Source of the DNA: an uncultured virus (IMG/VR IMGVR_UViG_3300020046_001970)
Taxonomy: Duplodnaviria > Heunggongvirae > Uroviricota > Caudoviricetes
Length of the DNA stretch: 58,077 nt
Reading direction: 5' to 3' (one strand)
Virus record (IMG/VR): IMGVR_UViG_3300020046_001970
Shown here: positions 1 through 9,457 of the stretch, piece by piece
Layout of the letters: every line of letters begins with the position of its first letter
Numbering within the stretch: the stretch's first letter is position 1
Program-made: the position numbers and the translations under genes
The notes under the pieces: generated by a model
The model's input: the letters and a program-made list of their open reading frames with translations, nothing else
Databases searched by the model: none
Told to the model about the DNA's origin: nothing

Positions 1-780
1 GTTACTGGCCAGGTATCTCAACTATTTTTGGATAACCTTGGGGTCAACGATAAAGGCAATATCCCTGTAGCTGCTGTCTTCGCATTGAACTTAGATGAAA
101 CTGGAACTCTGGCTGCCGAGATTCAGAAGCTTCTCATGTCTGAGTTTGGAGTAGGGTCCAATATTCAGAGGGTGTCTGAAAACGGAATTTCAGTTACTAG
201 TCATCAGTCGCTAGAGCTGGTGCAATTCATTCAAGAGTATGCAACGTCGTACTCCAAAACCAAAAAAGTAAATGAAAAAGTCCTCCATTGGCCACTGGCT
301 CTTCAAAGAGAGTTGGTTCAAGCTTGGATTGAGGGGGATGGTTGTGTAGAAGGTACAGCTGGGGGTTGGGTAACTGCTGTCTCTGCGTCACCTGACTTAA
401 TCTCCCAGATGCATTTGATTCTTGGGCGTCTTGGGGTATTTGCTACTCGGGGAGTGAGCATAACTTGTGGGCGGAAGCGAGTTAAGGTAGCTAATGGAGG
501 GATTCAAATTGTAAGTGATCCTACCAAAACTTGCACTGCGTACAAGCTTCAAATTGGAGCTTACTTCGCCTCTAAGCTTATGGGTGGGTCTTTTTTGGGT
601 CCCTTGTTTAGTAGAGCTACCTCCAACCTTCGAAAGTGGGGGTTGTCAAATAGGGTTGAATCCGAACGGACAACTTTTCCAATCCGCTCTGTTACTAAGC
701 GGAACTACGATGGGTTTGTCTACAATTTCGAGACAGATATCGACCACTCTTACGTAGCTAACGGGGTTGCGGTCCATAAT
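1..780 (+). mobile_element. Intein, C-terminal part, with LAGLIDADG endonuclease
   Basis: AWIEGDGC (second LAGLIDADG-like motif), block F/G VYNFETDIDHSYVANGVAVHN, then Cys+1 (TGC 781-783). Confidence 0.92.
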
Positions 781-2136
781 TGCGATGCTTTTGAACGTAA
801 GTTGCTGCTAGCGACGTATAAAACGTTCATTGGTGCCGAAAACTACATGGAGCACGTCCAAATCCCCGAGCTGAGTAAGGGGAAGATCATCGATGCAGCG
901 GCTAGAGACATTGGAGACTCTATCTACATTGACATCCTGGTAGCTACTGACCTGAAGCACAAGTCCCTGATAGAGGCGATTAGTAGCCAGAAGCTCAGTA
1001 CCCTATCGATGGGTTGTCAGGTCACCTACACCCAGTGTACGAAGTGTGGCAACATTGCTGAGGACGAGCTTCAGATTTGCCGCCACATCAAGTACGAAAA
1101 GGGTAACTGGTTTATTGATGCCAGTGGTAAGCGTCGTAAGATCGCAGAGCTATGTGGGCACCACTCTGACCCTGGGACGGTAAAGTTCATTGAGGGCTCT
1201 TGGGTAGGTACTCCAGCATTCACTGGAGCTGTACTAAGGAATATTCTAGACCCAGCTAATGCGATGGCGGGAGTGCTTGGTAAGCGAATTCAAGTTGCCT
1301 TCTCTCAGCCAGCTAGGACGGCAGACCCAGGCTCCCTTCAGAGAGCGGCTAAGTTAGCCCCTATTGGGGTTGGGGCAAAAGCGGTCAATGCTGACCATCT
1401 TGTCTCTCAGTACGAGGGCCCCTCGATTGGTAAGCTCCACGCGACTACTCCATACTCAAAGGACCTTCAAGCCGCTGCTACCTTGTCTGCAAGACAGCAG
1501 ACCGTTCAGGGTTGGCGCCCAAGTAACTACGGCGTACAGGTGTTCTCCGCAGCACAGCAAGGGGAGGAGCCTACCCCTCCTGCTCCTGTAGAGGATGTTG
1601 ACCCCCTTAAGAAGGTTGAAGACGAACTCTACAACACTCTTAAGAAGAAGGTCGAGAGGCGGGTCCGAGACGACCTCAATAAGGAAGAGTCGTCCAATGT
1701 CCGTCAGGTCCTTGACGAGAATTCTTCCAACGAGTCAATCATCAAGTCAGCTCTTCGATACCCTAAGTGGCAACGAAGGGCAAAGACTATTCTAGCTTCG
1801 ATTCCAGCCTCAAAGGCAAAAGTGATTTTGGCAGGTTGGATCCTCTATGATCGTGGGGGATGGGAAGCTGTCGTAGAAGCTAATCGATTTAAGGGACGAG
1901 ACTTCCTTGCAGTCGCTCACATTGTTGATCGGTCAACAAGGAAGTCTAACTTGTCCGGAGGTGGTAGAATCTACTCTACAGTTATCGCTGTAGGGGGTAT
2001 TCGTAAGTATTCAGATGTAAATACCTACTTGGCGGCTTGTCGTCAAGTGCTCGGTCGGACCCTCTTAGAAACGGAAAAGGTCCAACTCATCGAGAAGGGT
2101 AACTTGTTTTCACTAGGACTCTCGGACTTTGAATAA
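1..2136 (+). CDS. Intein-containing prohead (capsid maturation) protease, 5' truncated, with C-terminal extension
   Basis: Frame is open from base 1. After the intein: CDAF...EH...LSMGC...CTKC...C.H...FIEGSWVGTPAF, resembling HK97/assemblin-type His/Ser protease motifs. Lies directly upstream of the scaffold and capsid genes. Confidence 0.75.
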   Translation, partial: VTGQVSQLFLDNLGVNDKGNIPVAAVFALNLDETGTLAAEIQKLLMSEFGVGSNIQRVSENGISVTSHQSLELVQFIQEYATSYSKTKKVNEKVLHWPLALQRELVQAWIEGDGCVEGTAGGWVTAVSASPDLISQMHLILGRLGVFATRGVSITCGRKRVKVANGGIQIVSDPTKTCTAYKLQIGAYFASKLMGGSFLGPLFSRATSNLRKWGLSNRVESERTTFPIRSVTKRNYDGFVYNFETDIDHSYVANGVAVHNCDAFERKLLLATYKTFIGAENYMEHVQIPELSKGKIIDAAARDIGDSIYIDILVATDLKHKSLIEAISSQKLSTLSMGCQVTYTQCTKCGNIAEDELQICRHIKYEKGNWFIDASGKRRKIAELCGHHSDPGTVKFIEGSWVGTPAFTGAVLRNILDPANAMAGVLGKRIQVAFSQPARTADPGSLQRAAKLAPIGVGAKAVNADHLVSQYEGPSIGKLHATTPYSKDLQAAATLSARQQTVQGWRPSNYGVQVFSAAQQGEEPTPPAPVEDVDPLKKVEDELYNTLKKKVERRVRDDLNKEESSNVRQVLDENSSNESIIKSALRYPKWQRRAKTILASIPASKAKVILAGWILYDRGGWEAVVEANRFKGRDFLAVAHIVDRSTRKSNLSGGGRIYSTVIAVGGIRKYSDVNTYLAACRQVLGRTLLETEKVQLIEKGNLFSLGLSDFE

Positions 2137-2172
2137 GTTCTTATATGAGTCTACTAAGGAAAGGATCCACCA

Positions 2173-3474
2173 ATGACTCGCGAACGCTCTACTTGGAACC
2201 GTAACGAAATTGTCAAGCAAGCGGGTATGGCACGAACTGCTGACCCCTACCTGATGAATCAGGATCACGTTAAGCAGCAACCTGCCCATGATGCCTATGG
2301 CATTGGTGGACCTTCTGAATTTGGCGAAGATGTCTCGAAGGGGACATGGGAAGCTGAGTATAGCGGGGGCCAAGTCTCTCGTAACGAGATTGGACTACCT
2401 GAAATGCGCAAAGACACCTTCAACCACTCTGAGAAGACTGCAAGTGTTGAGTTCCTTACAAAGAAGGCAGCTCTTTGCGTTGCAATTTCGCGCAGCATTC
2501 TCCCAAAGACTGCCTCTGAGTCGGAGATTGAGGACCAGTCTCTATCTCTCATGCACCTCCCAGACAGTGAGGTCATGTCGACCTACTCTCGTCTAGCTGC
2601 TCAAGGTGAAGAGCAAGAGCAAGAGCAAGAGGAGCAGCAGGCGAAGCAAGCCGGTGAAGTTCCTCCTCAGTTCAAGAAGAAGGACGACGAAGAGAAGGGC
2701 CAAGACCAAGGTCAGCAGAAGCAAGCCCAACAGCAGCAGATGCAGGCTCAGGTTCAACAGCTACAAGCTCAACTCCAACAGCTACAAGCCCAGCTACAGC
2801 AGCAGGGTGGGCAGCAGGCTCAGCAAGGCCAGCAGGCTCAGCAACAGCAGGTTGCTCAGATGTTGCAGCAAGGCCAGCAGGCTCAGCAAGTTCAAGCTGG
2901 ACAGCAGGCACAACAGGGCCAGCAAGCTCAGCAGCAGCAAGTTGCTCAGCAGCAACAGCAGGCTCAGATGCAGCAGCAAGCTCAGCAGCAGCAAGTTGCT
3001 CAGCTTGTTCAGCAAGCTCAACAGCAGGGTATGGACCCTGTCCAAGCTGCGATGTTTGCAGTGCAGCAGATGCAAGGTCAGCAGCAGCCAATGGCTCAAG
3101 ACAGCCAGCTGATTGATGACATGCTACTCGATACCTCCTCAGCCCCTCCAATGATGATGGGCGAGGGAGACATTGAGATGGATGCCCCCTCCATGGATAT
3201 GTCCGATGCTCAGCTAGGCCCAGAGGATGATGTCCTTAAGACCTTGTTTGCAGCTGACCAGGATGACCAGGGGCAGCAGCAACAGGCTCAGCAGCAGAAG
3301 CAAGCCCACGCAGTCCGTACAGCCTCAACGCGTACCGTAGGGACTCGTCCCACTGGTGGCGTTAGCGCAATTGGTGGGAACCCAGGTGCAAGCTCCAATG
3401 ACATTGGTAAGCTTTCTTCCCTGTGGGGCAGCTCGCCTGATGTGCGTGAAGTCTTCGGTATGAACAAGAGCTGA
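2173..3474 (+). CDS. Glutamine-rich capsid scaffold/core-like protein
   Basis: Position between protease and capsid genes; low-complexity Q/A/E sequence; AAGGA RBS. Confidence 0.6.
   Translation: MTRERSTWNRNEIVKQAGMARTADPYLMNQDHVKQQPAHDAYGIGGPSEFGEDVSKGTWEAEYSGGQVSRNEIGLPEMRKDTFNHSEKTASVEFLTKKAALCVAISRSILPKTASESEIEDQSLSLMHLPDSEVMSTYSRLAAQGEEQEQEQEEQQAKQAGEVPPQFKKKDDEEKGQDQGQQKQAQQQQMQAQVQQLQAQLQQLQAQLQQQGGQQAQQGQQAQQQQVAQMLQQGQQAQQVQAGQQAQQGQQAQQQQVAQQQQQAQMQQQAQQQQVAQLVQQAQQQGMDPVQAAMFAVQQMQGQQQPMAQDSQLIDDMLLDTSSAPPMMMGEGDIEMDAPSMDMSDAQLGPEDDVLKTLFAADQDDQGQQQQAQQQKQAHAVRTASTRTVGTRPTGGVSAIGGNPGASSNDIGKLSSLWGSSPDVREVFGMNKS
2607..3110 (+). repeat. Imperfect CAG/CAA-rich repeat encoding QQAQQ/QQVAQ units
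   Basis: Visible directly in DNA and protein. Confidence 0.9.
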
Positions 3475-3569
3475 AAAGCTAAAAGACCGACTCAGCCTTA
3501 AGTGGCTGCTTAGATGTAGATGCGAATGTAGAAAAACCCTGCTTTTCCCCGCCTAACAAGGAGTTCGAT

Positions 3570-4217
3570 ATGTCGATGCGCGGTCAAAGCTCGGGTGGAT
3601 TCAAGGAAACGTCTGGCCGAGTTCAGTTGTTCCATGTGGTTACACGCAATAGCGTTGGAGCCCTTGCAGCAGATGCATTCACCCAGGCTAACCCTGTTAC
3701 CTACACGGGCGCTACAGTTAAGTCTACAACCCTAGCCGGTATTACCAAGGTCGGCGTTCTAGGTGGTTCGGTTGCGTTTACGCGACCTCAAGTTGGTAAC
3801 AACCTTACGGGCGGTCCCGCTACTACAGCAGGCCCAACGTTCTTGGCAGGTATCAAGCCTCTTGGTATCTTCATCAACGACGCCGTGGGTAATGCCTACG
3901 AGAACACCCCAGGACCTGCCTCTGGTCGTGGACCCTACGTCCACGGTTCGGGTACGGTTATCGGAGTCACTCTCTATGAGACCATGATTCTGCAAGCACT
4001 AGGCCCTGGCGCCCTAGCTGATCCTCTCACATACGCAGCTGGTGACTTGCTCTATGCGTCGGCAAACGGCCTTCTCACGAAGCAGCCAGACGACTCGTAT
4101 GAGCAGCTTCAATCGGGCGTGTTGTTCGCAACAATGCCTACCACCACCGTCATGGGCGTCGTTTTGGCGGCTCCTGATGCAACCAACCCATTGCTCGTGC
4201 TGAGCATGCGCGTCTGA
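3570..4217 (+). CDS. Capsid decoration/cement-like structural protein
   Basis: Small G/A/T-rich protein immediately before the MCP; PLGIF and GDLLYASANGLLT motifs; AAGGAG RBS. Confidence 0.6.
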   Translation: MSMRGQSSGGFKETSGRVQLFHVVTRNSVGALAADAFTQANPVTYTGATVKSTTLAGITKVGVLGGSVAFTRPQVGNNLTGGPATTAGPTFLAGIKPLGIFINDAVGNAYENTPGPASGRGPYVHGSGTVIGVTLYETMILQALGPGALADPLTYAAGDLLYASANGLLTKQPDDSYEQLQSGVLFATMPTTTVMGVVLAAPDATNPLLVLSMRV

Positions 4218-4255
4218 GCGCAACAGCTCTCTAAGAAAGGATAAAGGCACTAACA

Positions 4256-5128
4256 ATGGTTTCCAACGAAATTAAGCAGCAAATCATCAGCGAGTACATC
4301 AAGACTGCGGCAGGTCGCGCAAAGCTTGCTGCCTCGATGATTCAACCCCTCCGCTCGCGTCGTGACTACACCGCAGTGGGTCGTAAGACCTTCTTGGTGG
4401 AGCAACTTCCTGACGGCGCACTTCCAATCTACGACAAGGACCCGGACGTTACGGCCTACGTCGTTGGCGAGGAAGGCGAGAACATCCTTGCTATCCAGAA
4501 GCCACGCAGAGTGATCTTCCCTCTGTTCGAGGTTGCCTCGAACCCAGAGATCCCTCTCACCCAGATCAAGGAGCGTCGTTTCGACCTCATTGAGCGCTCG
4601 CAAGACCTTGCGAAGGCTCAGATCCAGGCAGCTGAGGACGAGCGTGTGTTCGCGGTTCTAGACAGCATTGCTGTCTCGGGCTTCGACACTCTAGCAGGGC
4701 AGACGAACCCCGACATCAACGTCGTGGCTCCAATCTCCCCAAGCGTCCTAGCTGACGCGTTCGCTGAGGTAGAGCGTCACGACCTTCGGGTTGCTCGTAT
4801 CTACATGAACGCAACCGACTACGCGGACATCCGTAAGTTCGGTCGCGACATCCTGGACATCGAGTCTCAAGCAGTCCTGCTTAAGACTGGTCTTCAGGCA
4901 ACCCTCTGGGGCGCCCAGATCATCACAAGCCGCCTGGTTCCAGCCGGTTTCGTGTACATCTGCGCGGAGCCAGAGAACTTTGGACGTTTCCCCGTTCGTA
5001 CAGAACTAACGGTTCTCAGTGCGGATGACGCGAAGGCCCGAACAATTGGGTTCAGTTGCTTTGAAAATATCGGCATTGGTGCCTTCAACCCTCGCGGCCT
5101 CACGCGTTTGGTTGTCACCCGAGTCTGA
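4256..5128 (+). CDS. Major capsid protein (HK97/encapsulin-like fold)
   Basis: 290 aa; pattern AKAQIQAAEDERVF...IYMN..DY.DI...LWGAQIITS..VP.G...ENIGIG; strongly biased codons; followed by a terminator. Confidence 0.85.
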   Translation: MVSNEIKQQIISEYIKTAAGRAKLAASMIQPLRSRRDYTAVGRKTFLVEQLPDGALPIYDKDPDVTAYVVGEEGENILAIQKPRRVIFPLFEVASNPEIPLTQIKERRFDLIERSQDLAKAQIQAAEDERVFAVLDSIAVSGFDTLAGQTNPDINVVAPISPSVLADAFAEVERHDLRVARIYMNATDYADIRKFGRDILDIESQAVLLKTGLQATLWGAQIITSRLVPAGFVYICAEPENFGRFPVRTELTVLSADDAKARTIGFSCFENIGIGAFNPRGLTRLVVTRV

Positions 5129-5153
5129 TAACCCAGCCTAGAAATAGGCACCT

Positions 5154-5189
5154 CAAAAGACCATCCTGGGAAACCAGGATGGTCTTTTG
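5154..5189 (+). terminator. Intrinsic terminator hairpin
   Basis: CAAAAGACCATCCTGG-GAAA-CCAGGATGGTCTTTTG, a perfect 16-bp stem. Confidence 0.85.
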
Positions 5190-5244
5190 TCATTTGGGGA
5201 ATGCGTCACTCGGTCAACAGGGAAGAGACCGAAGTTAAAAGTTC

Positions 5245-5273
5245 TTGACAGACATACTCATGGGCTGTACGAT
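5245..5273 (+). promoter_or_regulatory. Sigma70-type promoter, probably for a leaderless transcript
   Basis: TTGACA-17 nt-TACGAT, with ATG at 5280 six nt downstream. Confidence 0.7.
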
Positions 5274-5279
5274 GAGGGA

Positions 5280-7544
5280 ATGATCTCAGAGCCCGAATTG
5301 CGACGTCTGTACTTGGAAGAGAAGCTAACAACAAAGGAAATTGGTCAACGTTTTGGGTTGACTCAGAGTCAAGCTAATCGCCTTCGGATTAGGTACTCCA
5401 TCCCTACGATTAGTAAGTCGGATCGGCTTGACCTACCTCCGCTGACAACAACTCAGAAAGAGGTGTTACTGGGTTCAATTTTTGGAGACGGTAGATTACT
5501 CTCAACAGGTTCGGTTACTGCTGGGTACTCGGAGTTTCACTCAGACAAGCAGTATGAATACCTTCAATGGAAAGCTAGTGTGTGGGGGGCCCATCTCTGT
5601 TCGGTACGTGACGGAAATAGCACAAAAAACGGAAAAACTTACCGTGGTCATATTCTACGTACCCATGGGTGCAGGGAGCTATTTCCCTATTGGAAGAAAG
5701 TTTACCCGTCTGGAGCAGGGTACAAGGTTTTCTCTAAGTTAGACTTGACTGAGTTTACCGCTCTTTCATTAGCTGTGTGGTACTTGGATGACGGTTGCAA
5801 GTCGAACAATGGATACATACGACTTGCTGTAACCCCCGACGAGGAGAGTCAGCAAATTGAGTTAACCTTGTTGCGAGGGTTTGGTTTAGACCCTGTTCTT
5901 CACTCAAAAGATGACCCTGCTATTTGGTTACATGACCGAGCTAGTATGCTCAGGTTTCTAGACCTAGTAGCCGAGCATATTCCAGTCTCTATGGGGTATA
6001 AGTTAGAGTTAGTCCCTCGCTCTCGGGGGGTAGCCCCACGGGACCTGTTAACGGAAGAAGTCTTACGCGACTCGGTTGGAAAAGGTCGTGGGCTGGATTG
6101 GATGGTGCAGTCCACTGGAACTTCCACTACCTCTGTTCGACGTGCGCTGAAAAAATTCGACCTGACTCTCCCTGAGACCAAACAAGACACATGGGAAGAA
6201 GTAAAACAGCGTGTTCAGGTTGGTATTTCGGATGTCGAGTTAGTGGATGCTCTAGTCAGCCTCCCTCTCCCAAAAGCCCCATCTACCGAAGAGGCTCGTC
6301 GTGACTTCGAGAACCTATGTTCCAAGACTTTGGTCAAGATTGAGGATGGGCTTATTCATGGAGGGGGTAGGGTGGGGTTAACTACCTGTCAGGCGTACTT
6401 TCAGTATAGGTATGAAGCAACCAGAGAGAGTAAGCCTTCGGTTCGACAAGCTTGGTTTGACCCCATTGCAATAACAAAGGCTATCGCATTCCAACGTAAG
6501 GTGGGCGACCCTGTTTACCCTGCTAATGTATTCAGAGCCATCAAGGCCTTGAATGCAAGCCCGTCAAACTTTAGGCCTGCCGTTGCAAAGAAGTTGGTGG
6601 AAGAGTTCTCTCCCAAGGGGGGCACTGTTTTAGACCCATGTGCTGGGTATGGGGGCCGTGCTGTTGGTGCTATTGCAGCGGGTCGCAAGTACGTTGGAGT
6701 AGACCCTCACCCCAATGCAGAGGATGCCTTTGCTGCTTTGAAGGAGTGTATTACCGGAGACCTTACTTTCTACAACCTTCCATTTGAAGAGGTTCAGTTA
6801 GGGGCACTTCAAGCAGACCTGATACTGACGAGTCCCCCTTACTTTTCTGTTGAACGTTACTCGAACAATCCAACCCAGAGTTGGGTGAGGTACCCAACCT
6901 TTGACTTGTGGGTAGACAGGTTTCTGAGGGTACTTCTTAGCAAGTCATTTAACCATCTGAAGGATGGTGGAGTGATGCTACTCAACGTGGCGGACTCCTA
7001 CTTGAGTGGGAAGTTGATCCCTCTTGTTCAAACTTCGTTAGACGTTGCCCAGTCGGTGGGGTTTGTTCATGAGCAGACGCTGGGCATGTTGTTAGGTTCA
7101 TTTGGTCGACGTAGGAAGGAAGAACCCGTTCTTGTACTTAGAAAGAACGGTGGTGAGTGTGTTGTTCCTTTCATCTCAGTACCTAAAGGACCCCTTCGTA
7201 GGGAGGTCTACAGCTCTACAAAAGTCTCTGAGGGGGAGTTACGAAACTTGTATGAGGTAGAGCTGCTAACTGACTCCGAAATCGGGCAAAAATTTGGGGT
7301 CTCCGATGTGCTTATCTCTCAACAGAGGAAGCGATTCAACATCCAAAGTGTTAGCTTTAGGCAAAGAATCGAGAAACGTAATCCATCCCTGTTGCCATTA
7401 AGTGGTCTAACCGAGGAGAGGTTACGAGAGTTGTCTGTAACCTTAAGCGATGGGGACATCGCAAAGCTCTATGGGGTCTCTAAGCCAACAATACGTAACC
7501 GTAGGCATCAGTACAAGATACTGACAGAGAGGAAGTCTAAGTGA
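5280..7544 (+). CDS. HTH / LAGLIDADG endonuclease / N4-N6 DNA methyltransferase / HTH fusion
   Basis: LLGSIFGDG and LAVWYLDDG (two LAGLIDADG motifs); DPCAGYGG (motif I) and TSPPY (motif IV); LR.LY...EIGQ.FG HTH repeats at both ends. Start reassigned to ATG 5280. Confidence 0.85.
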   Translation: MISEPELRRLYLEEKLTTKEIGQRFGLTQSQANRLRIRYSIPTISKSDRLDLPPLTTTQKEVLLGSIFGDGRLLSTGSVTAGYSEFHSDKQYEYLQWKASVWGAHLCSVRDGNSTKNGKTYRGHILRTHGCRELFPYWKKVYPSGAGYKVFSKLDLTEFTALSLAVWYLDDGCKSNNGYIRLAVTPDEESQQIELTLLRGFGLDPVLHSKDDPAIWLHDRASMLRFLDLVAEHIPVSMGYKLELVPRSRGVAPRDLLTEEVLRDSVGKGRGLDWMVQSTGTSTTSVRRALKKFDLTLPETKQDTWEEVKQRVQVGISDVELVDALVSLPLPKAPSTEEARRDFENLCSKTLVKIEDGLIHGGGRVGLTTCQAYFQYRYEATRESKPSVRQAWFDPIAITKAIAFQRKVGDPVYPANVFRAIKALNASPSNFRPAVAKKLVEEFSPKGGTVLDPCAGYGGRAVGAIAAGRKYVGVDPHPNAEDAFAALKECITGDLTFYNLPFEEVQLGALQADLILTSPPYFSVERYSNNPTQSWVRYPTFDLWVDRFLRVLLSKSFNHLKDGGVMLLNVADSYLSGKLIPLVQTSLDVAQSVGFVHEQTLGMLLGSFGRRRKEEPVLVLRKNGGECVVPFISVPKGPLRREVYSSTKVSEGELRNLYEVELLTDSEIGQKFGVSDVLISQQRKRFNIQSVSFRQRIEKRNPSLLPLSGLTEERLRELSVTLSDGDIAKLYGVSKPTIRNRRHQYKILTERKSK

Positions 7545-7552
7545 CCCCAGGG

Positions 7553-7562
7553 ATCTTCTTGT
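7553..7562 (+). promoter_or_regulatory. Candidate phage late-promoter motif (ATCTTCTTGT)
   Basis: One copy of the recurrent intergenic WTCTWCTTRT motif; RBS begins ~16 nt downstream. Confidence 0.5.
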
Positions 7563-7591
7563 AGCCTACCTAACATATAGGAGAGTGACTC

Positions 7592-8602
7592 ATGGCATTA
7601 CTAGATGCAGATGCAACGTTAGCTGGAGGGGCAACGCAAGCAGTAGACGCAGCTCTACTCTATACGTTGGATTCGGTTTTTGGGGGAGGTGCAACCCAAA
7701 CAGGAGATGCTACCCTTCTCTACGACGTATCTTCAACGATGGTTGGTGGGGCAGACCAGGTATCGATTCCGACCCTACTACTGGACTCGCTAACAGGGAC
7801 CTTAACTGCAAGTGGGGATCTCGTTGGAAGCGTTTTCTATGCCGGGGCTTTGGACTCAACGGCAGCTGGAGGTGCCTCTGTAGCGGTAGACCTACTTATG
7901 GGCGAGTTGGGAGCTGTAGACTGTAGCGGATCTGCAACCGTTGTAGCGGACCCTACCTCTCTCATGGCTTTGGGGTTGACTCTAGAAGCTGCGTCCTACT
8001 TGGTGACCCCTTCCTTGTGGAGTTCTCTAGGGGTACCCCTACCTTTGGTGTATGGAAGTGATACGAACTTCAGTTCTACCATGGGTCCAAACCTCATCAC
8101 CTCTACTGTGCGTAGCCCAGCGTTCTCTACGAGAGGGACCGGGAAGTTTTCAGCCGAGGGTAAGCTTACGGGTAGGCAGGGGTCTATTGACCTTTGGGTT
8201 ACAACTGGGGCGACAGGATCAGCTAGGTCCTTGATTGTACTTACCAACGGGGTAACCAATAACTTCCTAGAGATCCTCCTCGACACAAACAACAGAGTTA
8301 GTCTGATTCACCGTTCTGAGGCGACCGCCATTGTAGCTCAAGCTACTGCGCAGTTTGCAGCGGAGCCAGTTGGAACTAGAATGAATCTAAGGTATGTTTG
8401 GGAATCTACTCAGGCAGTTGACGTGTCCACTAGATTCGCGGTACTGTACAAAAACAACGAGAAGATAGCCACTTGGGCGACTGACCCAACGGCAGCTTGG
8501 GATAGTTTCTTCCCCACCCTTATCTACGTAGGAGTTGGAAGCGTGGCTACGGGCGGAGACTTCAACGGCACCGTAGACAAGGTTCAAGTTGGTACTGCCT
8601 GA
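7592..8602 (+). CDS. Virion fibre/decoration protein: A/G/D/T-rich repeats plus LamG/lectin-like C-terminal domain
   Basis: DATLAGG-type repeats; C-terminal GSIDLWV...FNGTVDKVQV. Confidence 0.55.
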   Translation: MALLDADATLAGGATQAVDAALLYTLDSVFGGGATQTGDATLLYDVSSTMVGGADQVSIPTLLLDSLTGTLTASGDLVGSVFYAGALDSTAAGGASVAVDLLMGELGAVDCSGSATVVADPTSLMALGLTLEAASYLVTPSLWSSLGVPLPLVYGSDTNFSSTMGPNLITSTVRSPAFSTRGTGKFSAEGKLTGRQGSIDLWVTTGATGSARSLIVLTNGVTNNFLEILLDTNNRVSLIHRSEATAIVAQATAQFAAEPVGTRMNLRYVWESTQAVDVSTRFAVLYKNNEKIATWATDPTAAWDSFFPTLIYVGVGSVATGGDFNGTVDKVQVGTA

Positions 8603-8946
8603 CAGAGGGAGCTTCCTATGCCACCGTTGAATATCTGGACAATCGGACCATTTGTGTGGTGGTTGCATGTCACAGACGCTACTTTACGTCTCTGGGGTTT
8701 GAAGAAGTGACCAGTGCAGTGGCTGGGCTGCAACAACTACTCCTCTGAGCTTGTCTACTATAGGTCCAGCATGGGATCCGTACTCACCTGAGGCCCCGCA
8801 GTGAGTAGTTCCCAAGACTTATTTTCACCCAGTCGAACTTTTCTGGTTGATTTCGCTAGCGCGATAAATGTACTTGGGTTATATAGTAGGAGTACTTAGG
8901 CATTGTTGATGCCAAATATCGTAAGATATCGAAAGGACAAGAGAAA

Positions 8947-9348
8947 ATGACAAAGACAGAGTTGATTTCGGCCCTCGCAGCAGAGATGGAAAGCAGCAAC
9001 AACAAGTCCACGAAGGCGACCATCCGCGCTTTCCTCAAGGCACTTGAGGCTGTTTCGTGTAAGTCCCTTAAGAAGGACGGAGCGGTTACAATTCCTGGTC
9101 TCGTGAAGCTACTTGTCCTAAAGGTGGGCTCGAAGCCAGAGCGTAAGGCTCGGAATCCTGCGACTGGCAAGGAGATGATTGTCCCCGCGAAGGGTCCGGG
9201 CAAGAAGCTGAAGGCTCGATTTGTCCGTTCGCTGAAGGTCGGTGTTGGGCAGATTGCGGCCCCACCGAAGAAGGCTTCGACGGCTAAGCCTGCGGCTGCA
9301 AAGGCTGCAAAGCCTGCAAAGCCTGCGGCAGCTGCTGTCTCGAACTGA
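8947..9348 (+). CDS. HU/IHF-family DNA-binding protein with K/A/P-rich tail
   Basis: MTKTELI...IPGLVK...R.ARNPATG; tail KKASTAKPAAAKAAKPAKPAA. Confidence 0.92.
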   Translation: MTKTELISALAAEMESSNNKSTKATIRAFLKALEAVSCKSLKKDGAVTIPGLVKLLVLKVGSKPERKARNPATGKEMIVPAKGPGKKLKARFVRSLKVGVGQIAAPPKKASTAKPAAAKAAKPAKPAAAAVSN

Positions 9349-9367
9349 AGTCGGTCCGAACTCTCCT

Positions 9368-9405
9368 CAAAACCCCTCTCCCTCTAATAGGGGAGAGGGG
9401 TTTTG
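9368..9405 (+). terminator. Intrinsic terminator
   Basis: CAAAACCCCTCTCCC...GGGAGAGGGGTTTTG stem. Confidence 0.85.
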
Positions 9406-9415
9406 CTTTCCGATA

Positions 9416-9425
9416 ATCTACTTGT
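9416..9425 (+). promoter_or_regulatory. Candidate late-promoter motif (ATCTACTTGT)
   Basis: Follows the terminator and precedes a GGAGG RBS. Confidence 0.55.
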
Positions 9426-9457
9426 CATACCCACCTTATAGATGGAGGTTACGGTAA

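Noticed and set aside
2606..3151. Alternative-frame and antisense ORFs (poly-S/L/A) over the Q-rich tract
   Set aside because: Shadows of the CAG repeat, with no independent RBS or coding signal.
5187..5279. Longer TTG start for the LAGLIDADG-MTase gene
   Set aside because: It overlaps the terminator and promoter; ATG 5280 fits better.
8603..8946. Largest intergenic gap, with a 30-codon ORF at 8618 and a hairpin near 8781-8807
   Set aside because: No recognisable tRNA, riboswitch or convincing gene; too weak to call.
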